From Chiloscyllium plagiosum (taxonomy: Eukaryota): a DNA stretch of 64,000 bases. Made by a program: the position numbers and the translations under genes. Each line of letters starts with the position of its first letter. Positions within the stretch are counted from its first letter, which is position 1. The stretch spans positions 84,246,658 through 84,310,657 of the forward strand of contig NC_057719.1 in NCBI RefSeq assembly GCF_004010195.1, given 5' to 3'. This document shows positions 25,265 through 36,522 of the stretch, in pieces. Below the pieces are notes generated by a model that did no database searches, was not told where the DNA came from, and saw only the letters and a list, made by a program, of their open reading frames with translations.

Positions 25265-25857
25265 ATATGGAAAATAGAGAACTTGAAGAAATAATAGCAA
25301 CCTTTTGAAAAATGGCCACATTATAGAGGAGGAGGTGCTGGACAGCTTAAAACATGTAAATCCCCAGGACCTGATCAAATGTACCTGAGAACTCTGTGGG
25401 AAGCTAGGGAAGTGATTGCTGAGCCTCTTGCTGATATTTGTATCATCAATAGCCCCAAGTGAGTTGCCAGAAGACTGGAGTTGGCTAACATGGTGCCACT
25501 ATTTAAGAAAGGTGGTAAGGAAAATCCAGGAAGCTATAGACCAGTGAGCCTGATGTCGGTGGTGGGCAAGTTATTGGAGGGAATCCTGAGGGACAGAATG
25601 TACATGTATTTGGAAAGGCAGGGACTGATTAGGGATAGTCAACATGGCTATGTGAGTGGGAAATCATGTATAATGGAAAGGATTAATGAAGGCAGAGCTG
25701 TGGATGTGATCTATATGGGTTTTAGTAAAACAAGGTTCCATATTGTAGACTGGCTAGCAAGGTTAGATCACATAGAATACAGGAAGAACTAGCCATTTGA
25801 ATACAGAACTAGCTTGAAGGTAGGAGACAAAAGATGATGGAGGAGGAGGATTGTTTT

Positions 25858-28800
25858 CCCTGTAGAGGGCATTGTATTGGAAGTCTGTACTCTGCTGCTG
25901 TTGTCATTGGAACACGTGTTGCAGCTGAGAAGAGCTGGAGCTGATGGAGGCAGAGAGTTAGGAGCCTCTGGTGTTGTTGCCAACCTGCCTGCCTGGAGAC
26001 ACTCAAATCTGGGATTCTCCATTGCTGCTGCTTTTGGAAGCCTGATGGCCTGCATTTCTGCTCGGTGAGTTGAAGACTGCTGTAATAAGACCTACTGCAT
26101 TGCGGAGAAGCTGCTGCTGCTGCTTTGAGCCTGAAGCCCAGGAGCCCGGGCACTGCAGCCTGCCTGTCTAGACGAACTCACAACTGGGACCAGTTGCTAT
26201 TGCTTCTCTGAGGAGTCTGGTGGTCTATATTTTCACCCAGTAAGTACCTTGAAGCATTGGTTCGTGACTTTTCTATTCTGTCTGCTGCTGAGGAGGCGTG
26301 TTCCTGAAGCCTGGATATTTTTCTTCAGTTGGGTGATTCAGGCCTGAACACTAACAGCTTTGGGCCTGAACACTTATTTACATTCTTGAATCTGGGGCCT
26401 GGAACTGTTAGAAGCCTGAGCCCTCTCCCTGTTAGTACTTCCAGACTGTGTTCTACAGAATACTATTTGCAAGTGACTTGCCTTTGGGTTTTGGGGAACT
26501 GTTGTTTGTAATGTGGCAACCTTAGGCACTCTGCTAGATGCCAAGGCTAAACAAGACAATGTCAGGTTCTTTTCCTGTATTGTGTGTGAGAGGTGGTCGT
26601 AGTCCTGGTTTTTGGGGCGGGGGGGTGGGGGCTGCGGGGAGCAATGGCAACCGCGGGGCGCTCTAAAACAACATTCGGGGTGGGACCCAGTCATTCCTGC
26701 ATGGGGGTCCTCTGCATTGCGCACACCCTACCTAGAGGGCCTCATCACCTTTACTTATTTAACAAACGAGCTCAAGTTGAAATGTTGGATTCACCCCAGC
26801 ATGACCATTGAGGCACGCACAGCAACCTTGACGGGGATGGTCGGCACCCCCACCGTGGTTGCTGTATCAAAGATTACCAGAAGGTGGTATTCTTCCTGAG
26901 CAAGTGGTGGACCTTGCCCTAGAGAAGGGGCTTACTGTCAGTGGGATATCCTTGCCTGTCGACCCTCTGGAAATAATTTCTCAGATGGTTATTTTATCAA
27001 ATGTCCTACCCTTTGTTCCACCTGAGATCCTTCTTCCTCTACCTCTGCCAGCTCAGGGAGGTGAGGTTGGGTATGGTGCTGCTACTGCTAGGTCTGAAGG
27101 AAGCCTGCCTGAGACACATTTTCTCCTTTCAGTGACAGATTTTCGTCTTCCTAGCCTGAGAGGAGGTCACAGACAGCACCTTCACGGTTGAACAATGAAA
27201 GTGCTGCTCATCGGGTGTTCTGGTCGGCGGGAAGAGGGGAGGTGTGTGCACTGTCATGACTGAAAGAAGATAGGGCACCTCCAGTGGAACTGCTCTGCCT
27301 CGAAGGCCATTGCCAACACCCAAGCAGCTGCAGCTGGCATCATCACCCTTTCCCTTAAGGCCCCCTCACCTGGCCTCCACAGGAGGGAGCTACCTTGCGG
27401 ACACTAGTGAGGGATGAGAGGAGAGCATCTGTAGTGAAGGAAAGCCTGAAAGAAGACTCAGCATTTGGGAGCAGCCTCCCAGGAATATTCGCTAGATGAC
27501 CCTGAGGGTATATGCCCCCAGCCTAGGGAGGGATCCCTCACAAAAGATAGCAGTCGTGGAACCGTCAGGAAAGCGCGGGATTTGCAGCCCAGCCTGGAGC
27601 TCTTCGATGATGAAAATGTGAGTGAGCAGGTGGTTCCCTCCAGTTTCCCCTGGCTCCCACGTGCACCAAAACCCATGAGGGAAAAGGGAAGGGGAGAACA
27701 TGGCAGCGGGGGCATCAGGACAGTAGAGAAATGGAGGTGTCTCTTGTTATCCATTCCTCGCAAAAAGGCACCACTCCTTGGGATTGGAGGTACAGGAGAA
27801 GTACTAACAACACCTCCCCCAGGGATGAGGGAACAGCATCCCCAGAAACCTCTTTCCCTCCTCGCTGGGGAAGAGGGACATGTACCCACCCCCACAGTCC
27901 ACTGCAACTGGACCAGGCATCTCCGAGGCTGAGGTGGCATGGCCGCTGAGGTCTTGCCCACACCACAAGATCTGGAAGGCCTGGGGGTACTGTCTGTGCT
28001 GGGGGGGACTGCGATGGGGATAATTACCCTGGTTGGCAGCAATGAAGAGGCAGGCCTCCTCGCTCCATCCCAGGCCTTTATGTAGGGCACTTCTCCCTTA
28101 CTAAGCAAATATGGAGGGTGACCCAGGAGTGGAGCAGATTTTTGAACTGTTGCCACCCAGAAGGCCCAACATTTTAGTCAACATTTCAGTTGTGTCTGGC
28201 GTAATCTGAGACTTGGAGGTCCCTGCAAAGAATCCTCCTGCTTTTGACCCTTGGGGGTGGGGTTGAGACAGGATTGTGTCTGACCAATGACCCTGGACAA
28301 TCCCCCGCTCTCAGTGTGGGGTAGGCTCAGGGGTTGGAGGAGATGACCTGGGGGAGGACGTGGTGGGGAGCATGCAGGGACCTCCTGCTGTTGAGACTTG
28401 GGGGTGGGGTTGAGGTAGGGGTGTGTCTGACCGATGACCCTGGACAATCCCCTCCCCCAGCTCTCGATGTGGGGTGGGTTCAGTGGTTTGGGGTGATGTC
28501 CTGAGGGAGGACGCGGTGGGGAGCATGTGGTACTCATTGGTGCTGTCGAGGCCTTTCAAAACCACTGGCCGCCGCGGAGCTGGAGTGCATGATCAGCCTA
28601 GATAATGAAATTCTGATTTGGTTGTTTCTGTAGTGTAAGTTTCTGTTTCGTCTTTGAGTTTGCATTTGTTTTCAGTGTGTTGCCCAGGGAGGAGAGCTGT
28701 CTTATTTTGGACCACTTGGAAGAGTCAAGGGGGCTTTTATTTTAACCCTGTACTATCACTGTCCTAGATGCACTTGATGGGAATCGGTGTGAGGGGATTT

Positions 28801-29236
28801 TTATTTTTAGTTAAGTGAGCAGGGGAACTTAATTCGGATTTTAAACCATTATTTTCCATACCAGGAGTATTCGATTAGGTTGGAACAGAGGGGATTTAAT
28901 TATTCATTTGTTTATTTGTATGCTTATTTACTTGTTTTCTTTGATTTTTCTTGAGTTTTTGTTTACTTTGGCCCCTTGTGGTCCCTGCTCAAAAGAAGGT
29001 TGGTTGGGACAGAGTCAAAGGAGAGCCAGTTTTTGTTTGTTTATTTGTTTTCGTTTTCACCAGAGTAATAGTGTCTTTATTTTTGTTAAACAGTCAAGGC
29101 AGCTTTATCTTCTGTTTTGAAAGAGTGTGGCTTTACTCTGTGTTTCACCCAGTTCTGACCCTGCCACAGGATTGTCTGATGAGGGCAATGGCAGGGCACT
29201 TGTGTTTTCCTGTTTCCATCTTTCATTTGAAAGAGT
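25858..29236 (+). mobile_element. Non-autonomous Tx1-clade element (long 5' region, ORF1, last codons of ORF2, 3' UTR)
   Basis: Imperfect 13-bp TSD GGAGG(A/G)TTG(T/C)TTT at 25845-25857 / 29237-29249. Tx1-type ORF1 motif LALEKGLTVSGISLPVDPLE...VILSNVLPFVPPE. ORF2 tail EHVVLIGAVEAFQNHW...LECMISLDNEILI at ~28520-28620. No APE or RT. Confidence 0.7.
28246..28527. repeat. ~150-bp G-rich tandem duplication inside the Tx1 derivative
   Basis: TTGGGGGTGGGGTTGAG...TGTGTCTGACC(A/G)ATGACCCTGGACAATCCC...GGAGGACG(T/C)GGTGGGGAGCATG occurs twice. Confidence 0.85.
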
Positions 29237-30100
29237 GGAGGGTTGCTTTTTAGACTGGAGGCCTGTGACCTGTGGTGTACCACAAGGATCGGTGCTGGGT
29301 CCACTACTTTTTTTGTCATTTGTATAAATGATTTGGATGTGAACATAGGAGGGATAATTAGTAAGTTTGCAGATGACACCAAAATTGATGGTGTAGTGGA
29401 CAGCAAAGAAGGTTACCTCAGAGCACATGGGTTGAGGAATGGCAGTTAGAGTTTAATTTAGATAATTTTGAGGTGCTGCATTTTGGTAGGGCAAATCACA
29501 GCAGGACTTATACACTTAATGGTAAGGTCCTGGTGAATATTGCCATACAGAGACCTTGGAAAGCAAGTTCATAGTTCCTTGAAGTGGAGTCTCAGGCAGA
29601 TAGGATAGTGAAAAGGCCTTTGATATGCTTGCTTTTATTGATCAGTGCATTCCTCGGATGCTGCCTGAACTGCTGTGCTTTTCCAGCACCACTCTACTCC
29701 ATTGAGTATAGGAGTTGGGAGGTCATGTTGTGGCTTTACAGGACATTGGTTGGGCATTGGAATACTGTGTTCAGTTCGGGTCTATAGGAAGGATATTGTA
29801 AAACTTGAAAGGTTTCAGAAAAGATTTACAAGAATGTTACCAGGGTTAGAGGGTTTTAGCTAAGGAAAAAGCCTGAGTAGACTTGTTTTTTTTTCCCTGG
29901 AGCATTAGAAGCTGAGGGTAACCTTATAGAGGTTTATAAAATCATGTGGGGCATAGATGTGGTAATTAGCCAAGGTCTTTTCCCTGGAGTGGAGGAGTCC
30001 AGAGCTTGAGGATGTAGGTTTAAGGTGAGAGGGGAAGGATATAAAAGGGACCATAGGGGCAACTTTTTCACATGATGATGTGTGTATGGAATGAGCTGCC

Positions 30101-30885
30101 AGTGTTGGAAAAGGTTATAAGAGATAGGATTTATAATCATCTAGAAAAGAATAATTTGATTAGGGATAGTCAGCACTGTTTTGTGAAGGGTAGGTTGTGC
30201 CTCACAAAACTTATTGAGTTCTTTGAGAAGGTGACCAAACAGGTAGATAAGAGTAAACCGGTTGATGTGGTGTATCTGGATTTCAGCAAGGCGTTCGATA
30301 AGGTTCCCTACAGTATGTTATTGTTCACAACGTGGAGGAATGGGATTGTGGGAGATATAGCAGTTTGGATCAGTAATTGGCTTGCTGAAAGAAGACAGAG
30401 GGTGGTGGTTGATGGGAAATGTTCATCCTGGATTGCAGTTACTAGTGGTTTACCGCGAGGGTCAGTGTGGGGTCCACTGCTGTTCATCATTTTTATAAAT
30501 GACCTGGATGAGGGTGGGTTAGTAAATTTGCAGACGACACTAAGGTCGGTGGAGTTGTGGATAGTGACGAAGGATGTTGTAGGTTATATTAATAGAGGGA
30601 TCAAGTTCCGGAACCACGAGGTTATGCTACAGCTGTACAAAACTCTGGTGCGGCCGCACTTGGAGTATTGTGTACAGTTCTGGTCACCGCATTATAAGAA
30701 GGATGTGGAAGCTTTGGAAAGGGTGCAGAGGAGATTTACTAGGATGTTGTCTGGTATGGAGGGAATGTCTTACGAGGAAAGGCTGAGGGACTTGAAGCTG
30801 TTTTCGTTAGAGAGAAGATGATTGAGAGGTGTCTTAATAGAGACATATAAGATAATCGGGGTGGACAGGGAGAGCCTTTTTCCTC
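30101..30885 (+). mobile_element. CR1 LINE RT fragment
   Basis: ORF 30072-30821: DVVYLDFSKAFDKVP...LYKTLVRPHLEYCVQFWSP. Confidence 0.9.
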
Positions 30886-30889
30886 CCTC

Positions 30890-31545
30890 AGCTGTTCAAT
30901 CATCCAGTTATCAAAGATGCTGCACAGAGACTGGTTTTGCTGCTCACCATCACCCTTGTTTTTGCCATAGATGATCTGGTTAATCATCTTGACGTGTCCC
31001 TCTAGTAAGATCACTAAGAAGCCTGATTCTCCACTGAGTGTCCTGTGATTCCTTGTTGATTGTCTGTATTCAGTCCTTCTAGGGTTTGTTTGACTAATGG
31101 GGTCAAGGTCATGAGTTTATTGTCCAAATTAGCCAAATCAAGGGTATTGACCGTTGACACTCTTACCCCATGTGCTGTGGCTAGATCATTTAAGGAGTTG
31201 CCTTTTCTTCCGTCTATTAACTGCTGGTCTGGGTTTTCCTTATATTTCCCTGTCCCTCATCCCATTATTCTGCAGTCCAGTTGGAAATATAATCATTTTA
31301 ATGGGGAAGAACACCACTGCAGTAATTGTATCCCTGATATATCTATTATGACTGCATTAGTTGAAAAATGTGGTGCTGGAAAAACACAGCAGGCCAGGCA
31401 GCATCCGAGGAGCAGGAGAATCGATGTTTCGGGCATAAGCCCTTCTTCAGGGCTTATGACTGCATTAGCTCAAGGTGAATATTGTCAAATAATATTTTGC
31501 CTTGGGTTTAATTACTAGTCTATTGTGAGTCTGGTGTGTGTGTTG
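30890..31545 (-). pseudogene. Env / class I fusion-protein remnant
   Basis: ILFDNIHLEL..IIDISGIQLLQWCS; RPAVNRRKKR|QLL (RRKKR at 31215-31201); a 1-nt frameshift; NDLATAHGVRVSTVNTLDLANLDNKLMTLTPLVKQTLEGL; ILLEGHVKMINQII...QNQSLCSIFDNWMIEQL. Confidence 0.65.
31361..31453 (-). mobile_element. Short Penelope terminal-repeat insert
   Basis: 15-bp TSD TTATGACTGCATTAG at 31346-31360 / 31454-31468. Confidence 0.9.
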
Positions 31546-31563
31546 GACAGACTAGGGGAGGAG

Positions 31564-31769
31564 TCGAGAGTGTGGTGCTGGAAAAGCACAGCCAGTCAGG
31601 CCGCATCTGAGGAGCAGGAAAATCGACGTTTCAGGCAAAATCCCTTCATCAGTTTTGTTCGAAATGCCGATTTTCCTGCTCCTCGGATGCTGCCTGACCT
31701 GCTGTGCTTTTCCAGCATCACACTCTTGACTCTAATCTCCAGCATCTGCAGTCTTCACTTTCACCAAGG
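31564..31769. mobile_element. Palindromic Penelope terminal-repeat insert
   Basis: 11-bp TSD TAGGGGAGGAG at 31553-31563 / 31770-31780; inverted arms. Confidence 0.85.
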
Positions 31770-33497
31770 TAGGGGAGGAGCCTTCTCTACTGATCTTAGC
31801 TTGTTTTTAATTTCGTATACAAGGAATTCTCCATGGTGGGGCTATCTGGGGCATCACTTTTCTAACTCTGACCCCTTTTCCAGACTGTGTGCTAGGCAAC
31901 CCACTACCATGCACCCATTCTCGGAGAAACCCCACCAATTGTCTACGATCCTCATGCTCATATAGCATAATGTGGAACTCCCTTTGGGTTTCCTGTACAT
32001 CATGAGCAAATGGTTACACCCAAATACCTCCTATTTCCCAGGGTAGACCAAGAGGATCCCATCTACAAACACTGCGGTATCTGGTGCATTGTATTACAGG
32101 TATCCGAGGTACATCATTTTCCTTGTATCCGTGCTACATTTTTGCATATAGTAACTATAATAATATATAATATACAATAAATCCTCTAAGGATTGCATTG
32201 TTGTCTTGGAGTAGCCACTCTAGTGCACTTTCTGAAAGAGAAGAAGATAATTTATGTAAATATCTTGGTCCAATATCTGACACCGTCTTCTAGATAACAT
32301 TTTAAAATTGTCCAATTGTCATCCATTCCTGGCTCCCTTTTTTTTAAAAGAAGCAAAAGGGACAACAGAAATGTGTCGTGTCTGCAGAACGTAGTGTGGA
32401 GAGGTGGGTTATCGCCCAGTGTGCCAATAGATGTTTAGCAGAGGAGGGAGTTGTTCCTGATGAGCTACCATATGGCATCTTGTACACTCATGCGGCTGGT
32501 GAGCTTTAAAGCTATTTCCATTACTGGGTTGCCCCTGTCAACCTCAATGTATAACTTACAGCCTGTTTTCACCCCAACTGACATTGCCAGGATGGTACCC
32601 TAGATGTTGGCCCCTTCTTGTGGACTTCCCATTATCCGGTTGGAATCTTAGGTGCCTGGCAGTCCCAAATGAAATGGACTATCTGGTCACAGTTATAGCA
32701 CAGATTGAGTTTGCTGTTCATTTGTGGGAATTCCCTTCTTCTGGGGACAGGGAACTTGTTTGGAGTGGGAGTCTGCCTGGAACTCCTTGATGAATTCCTG
32801 CCCCTTTCATTTCCTCCAAGTTGGGGGAGGGTGCGGTGGCTATAAGAAGTCTGGACTGCGCTTATGTGCATGGGCTCTGGTTTTGGCTGTGGGTCAGGGG
32901 TAGGGATTGTAGGTGCAGTCACCTGCAAGAAAGATGGCAGGGACCCCCTCTGTGGGGCAAAGGCAGATTAGGTGCAGATGTGTCAGTCTGGTGCCTCTTA
33001 TCTCCGTGGGGAGGTTGGACCACAGAAACACACATTATCCCATTCTGGGTAGGGATCTGCTTTGCTAGAGATCATATTTGTTCCTGGCAGTTGAATGCTC
33101 CATACCAGGGCCCACGTGCATTACTGGCTTTGACAACCTGTACAACTGCTTGGAGCTCCCTACACTATTATTCCAACTTGCCAATGTATACTAGAGCTGT
33201 CTCCCACTACCCAGCAGTCCTTCTCTTACTAGAACAGGCTCTTACAAATTGTGGCTGGAACTGTCCCATATGGATCAGATTTTCCTGTATTCTGGTGTCC
33301 TGCACTTTAATTACAAGTTTTAACTTTTCCAATTCATCAGTAGTGATTTCTAATCACTCCCACAGTGATTTAATCTCAACTAGTCAGCCGCAGGAATCTT
33401 CTAGGCTACATACTATTTCTGCGGTTATCTTAGTGACCTTCTTTCCTAATTTGTTGTGTGTTTTTCGCAGAGCGAGGGCATTGCTGTCTGGACTAAC

Positions 33498-34595
33498 TTT
33501 GATTGTCCATCCCTAATTGTCCAGAGGGGAGTTAAGAGTCAAACTCCTTTGCTGTGGATCTGGAGTCACATGTAGGTCAGACCAGGTAAGGATGGCAGAT
33601 CTCCTTCACTGGAGTCATAGAGATGTACAGCATGGAAACAGATCCTTCGGTCCAACTCATCCATGCCGGCCAGATATCCCAACCCAATCTAGTCCCATCT
33701 CCCAGCACCCGGCCCATATCCCTCCAAACCCTTCCTATTCATATACCCATCCAAATGCCTCTTAAGTGTTGCAGTTGTACCAGCGTCCACCACTTCCTCT
33801 GGCAGCTCATTCCATACACGTCCCATCCTCTGTGTGAAAAAGTTGCCCCTTAGGTCTCTTTTATGTCTTTCCCCTCTCACCCTAAACTTATGCCCTCGAG
33901 TTCTGGACTCCCCCGACCCCAGGGAAAAGACTTTGTCTATTTACCCTATCCACGCCCCTCATGACTTTGAAAACCTCTATAAGGTCACCCCTCAGCCTCC
34001 AACGCTCCAGGGAAAACAGCCCCAGCCTGTTCAGCCTCTCCGTATAGTTCAAATCCTCCAACCCTAGCAACATCCTTGTAATCTTTTCTAAATCCTTTCA
34101 AGTTTCACAACATCTTTCCAATAGGAAGGAGACCAGAATTGCACGCTATATTCCAACAGTGGCCGAACCAATGTCCTGTACAGCCGCAACATGACGTCCC
34201 AACTCCTGTACTCAGTACTCTGACCAATAAAGGAAAGCATACCAAACGCCTTCTTCACTATCCTATCTACCTGCAACTCCACTTTCAAGGAGCTATGAAC
34301 CTGCAGTCCAAGGTCTCTTTGTTCAGCAACACTCCCTCAGACCTTCCATTAAGTGTATAAGTCCTGCTAAGATTTGCTTTCCCAAAATGCAGCACCTCGC
34401 ATTTATCTGAATTAAACTCCACCTGCCACTTCTCAGTGAACCAGATGGGTTTTTCCAACAATCGACAATGGATTCATAGTCATTATTAGATTCTTAATTC
34501 CAGATTTTTGTTGAATTCAAATTTCACTGTCTGCCATTTATCTGGGCTTTTAGATTAACAGTCTAGTGATAATACCACCTACTCATGACCTCCCC
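33498..34595 (-). mobile_element. tRNA-derived SINE (same family as 48462-48802), interrupted by a CR1 3' fragment
   Basis: 33498-33611 and 34435-34595 match the reverse complement of the 48462 SINE. Confidence 0.8.
33612..34434 (-). mobile_element. CR1 (HER1-like) 3' fragment
   Basis: LYRTLVRPLLEYSVQFWSP; LERWRLRGDLIEVFK; RGNFFTQRM..VWNELP; CTATGACT tail. Confidence 0.92.
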
Positions 34596-35834
34596 ATATA
34601 TCTTGCCATATATCTTGGGCCATAGAACCAATGTGGAATCCACTGAATTCTGTCCATTTGGGTGACATTTTAAAAAGGTATTGTCTGAGAGTGTCCTCCC
34701 ATGTCTGACGAGGAGACACTTGTCCCATTTTGCTGGCAAGAATATTATTGTTGGGTCCTTTACTCGATTTCTCTTACATGTTATGGGAAATGGCTGTAGT
34801 TGGGGTAAGGCTTCAACTGAATTCTTGTTGCAGCCTCTCGAAGTCTTAGACGTGTAGAACTAGAGCACAGTGACCCTTTCTAACACTACTCAATCTTTAC
34901 AGTCAGGACACGAGAAGGAGTTAGAATTTCCCACACTTGTGTATTACATTTAACCTGTGTCCCCGACCCAACCTCTGGCACCTTGTTCCAAGTACTCTTT
35001 AAACACCTGTAATAATTTCCATTGGGGTAGTTAAGTATGAAGGGGTGTCAACAGTTGCCAATGTTTTTTCTGCTTTTAAACAGAAAAGTAAAATTTCCTT
35101 GACTGTTTGAACTCAAAGGTCCCTTAACTCTCAATCTCAAAATAAAGTTCCTTCCAACTCTGAAAATAAAGAATGACTTCCCCTCTACTCTGTCCCCACC
35201 AAACACTCTTGGGATAAGTACAACAAAGGGTTGAAATGCAGAGTAAACTTTCCTCTGCTCATTCAAACTCTAAGTAAACTAAAAGTCAAATCTCCTGAGC
35301 TCTGTTCCCACCAAACACACCCAGGACAGGGTAAACAAGGGTTTAAAATTTAGAGGAAAATTTATTCTACTCATTGGAACTGAAAAGAAATAAAATAGAG
35401 CTCCCCTCACACCGAACCCATCAATCACTTTTGGGACACGGGATTAAAATAAAAGGTCCCTTGGTTCTTTCAAGGAGTCCAAAATGTCTCTAGAGTATCT
35501 ACACAAGAGGCAAATGCCTGTTCCCCTCTAGGCTGACTTTCTCAGTGTCCCTCCATATCCCACTCCCTTTTCCAGCTTATGCTTTGCTCGCTCTGGCTGT
35601 AGAACACCTGGCTGTTAGGTCAATTTGTGGTCGAATGTCTATAATCCTCAGTTACTCAATTGAATTTTGGCTTTCATGTAGGATATTTACCCTCTTAACT
35701 ACAGCTCAGGCTGAATTCTGAGGATACCAGGCTGGTGGGTTCGACTTTGGAGGACCTGATGGTCAATTCTTACTGAAGACCACACAGGGACGTCTCATTC
35801 CTCCTTAAAACAACATAGGCAACTACAACCAGAA

Positions 35835-36522
35835 TGTTATGAATGAGTTTACCCAGGTGTCCCATAAAACTGAAATAGTCGAATCACTACGAACATGAGC
35901 TGGTACCAATGCAAAACGGTCCCATCATTATTAGCAAACAAATTACAATAACCTTTAAGGCTGAACATCCTATCGCTAATCATATTGGCCCCCTAAGATT
36001 ACAGTACTTGTCGATCGCTTGTAGATTTACGCAGTCACTCTATTTCTGGCACTGTCTGTATGAAGCTTGCTTTGTCTCTCTCTCTCTCTCTCTTTCCCTC
36101 TCTGGATGGTCAACTGGTCTCTGTCCTTGCCATGCTAGTTTCCTCAGAAGGCTTCTAGAAGATTCAAGAGAGTCCAAGAGAGGGAGGTCTGCCGGTGAAC
36201 CCTGTTTTTATACCTTTTTAGATGGTTTTCTGGAACTTTCTATAGCTCTGGCCAATCAGGAAGACTTACTTAATAGTTTGGAACAGTGTCAATCATTTGG
36301 ATGGCTGCCACTTTCTTTGTGTAGCGGGACCCTGTGTCTCTCTGCCTGGACCCTCCTTTATTTGGTAGATAAGTTGTTGTGGTATGTCTAACCATGATAA
36401 CTGTTGTCTTTTACTGTTGTGTTTGCACTGTGTCTGGTGTGTGTGTGTATACACCCAGCATCCCTTGCTGTTTAGCCAAGTTAGTAATCTATCTGTGTTT
36501 TAGCAGCAAGGAGTCTGCTACA
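35835..36522 (-). repeat. 5' LTR of the retrovirus-like element
   Basis: Minus strand TGTAGC...ATAACA. TATAAAA at ~36205-36211 with a CCAAT ~40 bp upstream. Abuts LINE sequence at 36523. Confidence 0.7.

Larger units (their letters stand above)
15735..30100 (+). mobile_element. CR1 LINE split into three pieces (15735-16822, 25265-25857, 29237-30100)
   Basis: APE (PTREGAKCDLLLGN...FGASDHNSISF), then RT (ANMVPLFKKGGKENPGSYRPVSL; GVPQGSVLGPLLF; SKFADDTKI), then 3' tail. Pieces are colinear across the two large insertions. Confidence 0.85.
32632..34735 (-). pseudogene. gag remnant (coiled-coil region plus CCHC knuckle), split by SINE/CR1 insertion
   Basis: N-terminal TWEDTLRQYLFKMSPKWTEF; helical LEKLKLVIKVQDTRIQENL...CRELQAVVQVVK; Pro-rich linker; CX2CX4HX4C at ~32660-32710. 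Confidence 0.65.
30890..36522 (-). mobile_element. Endogenous retrovirus-like LTR element (LTR, leader, gag, env; no recognisable pol), lokiretrovirus-like
   Basis: LTR at 35835-36522 with a TGG-starting PBS next to it. Coiled-coil gag with CYNCDQIVHFIWDC knuckle. Env-like remnant with RRKKR followed by NDLATAHGVRVSTVNTLDL. The 3' end is lost at the CR1 junction. Confidence 0.72.

Noticed and set aside
27458..28156. 232-aa minus-strand and 155-aa plus-strand ORFs
   Set aside because: GC-rich low-complexity interior of the Tx1 derivative; no independent gene signal.
29170..29200. CTGATGA as another hammerhead or a C/D-box motif
   Set aside because: No stem II followed by GAAA, and no convincing box pair.
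31960..32630. pol (protease/RT/RNase H) in the retrovirus-like element
   Set aside because: Only an isolated VFVDG was seen; no DTG or YxDD context, and the space is far too short for pol.
32821..33516. 231-aa plus-strand ORF
   Set aside because: Antisense of the decayed gag; no coherent protein features.
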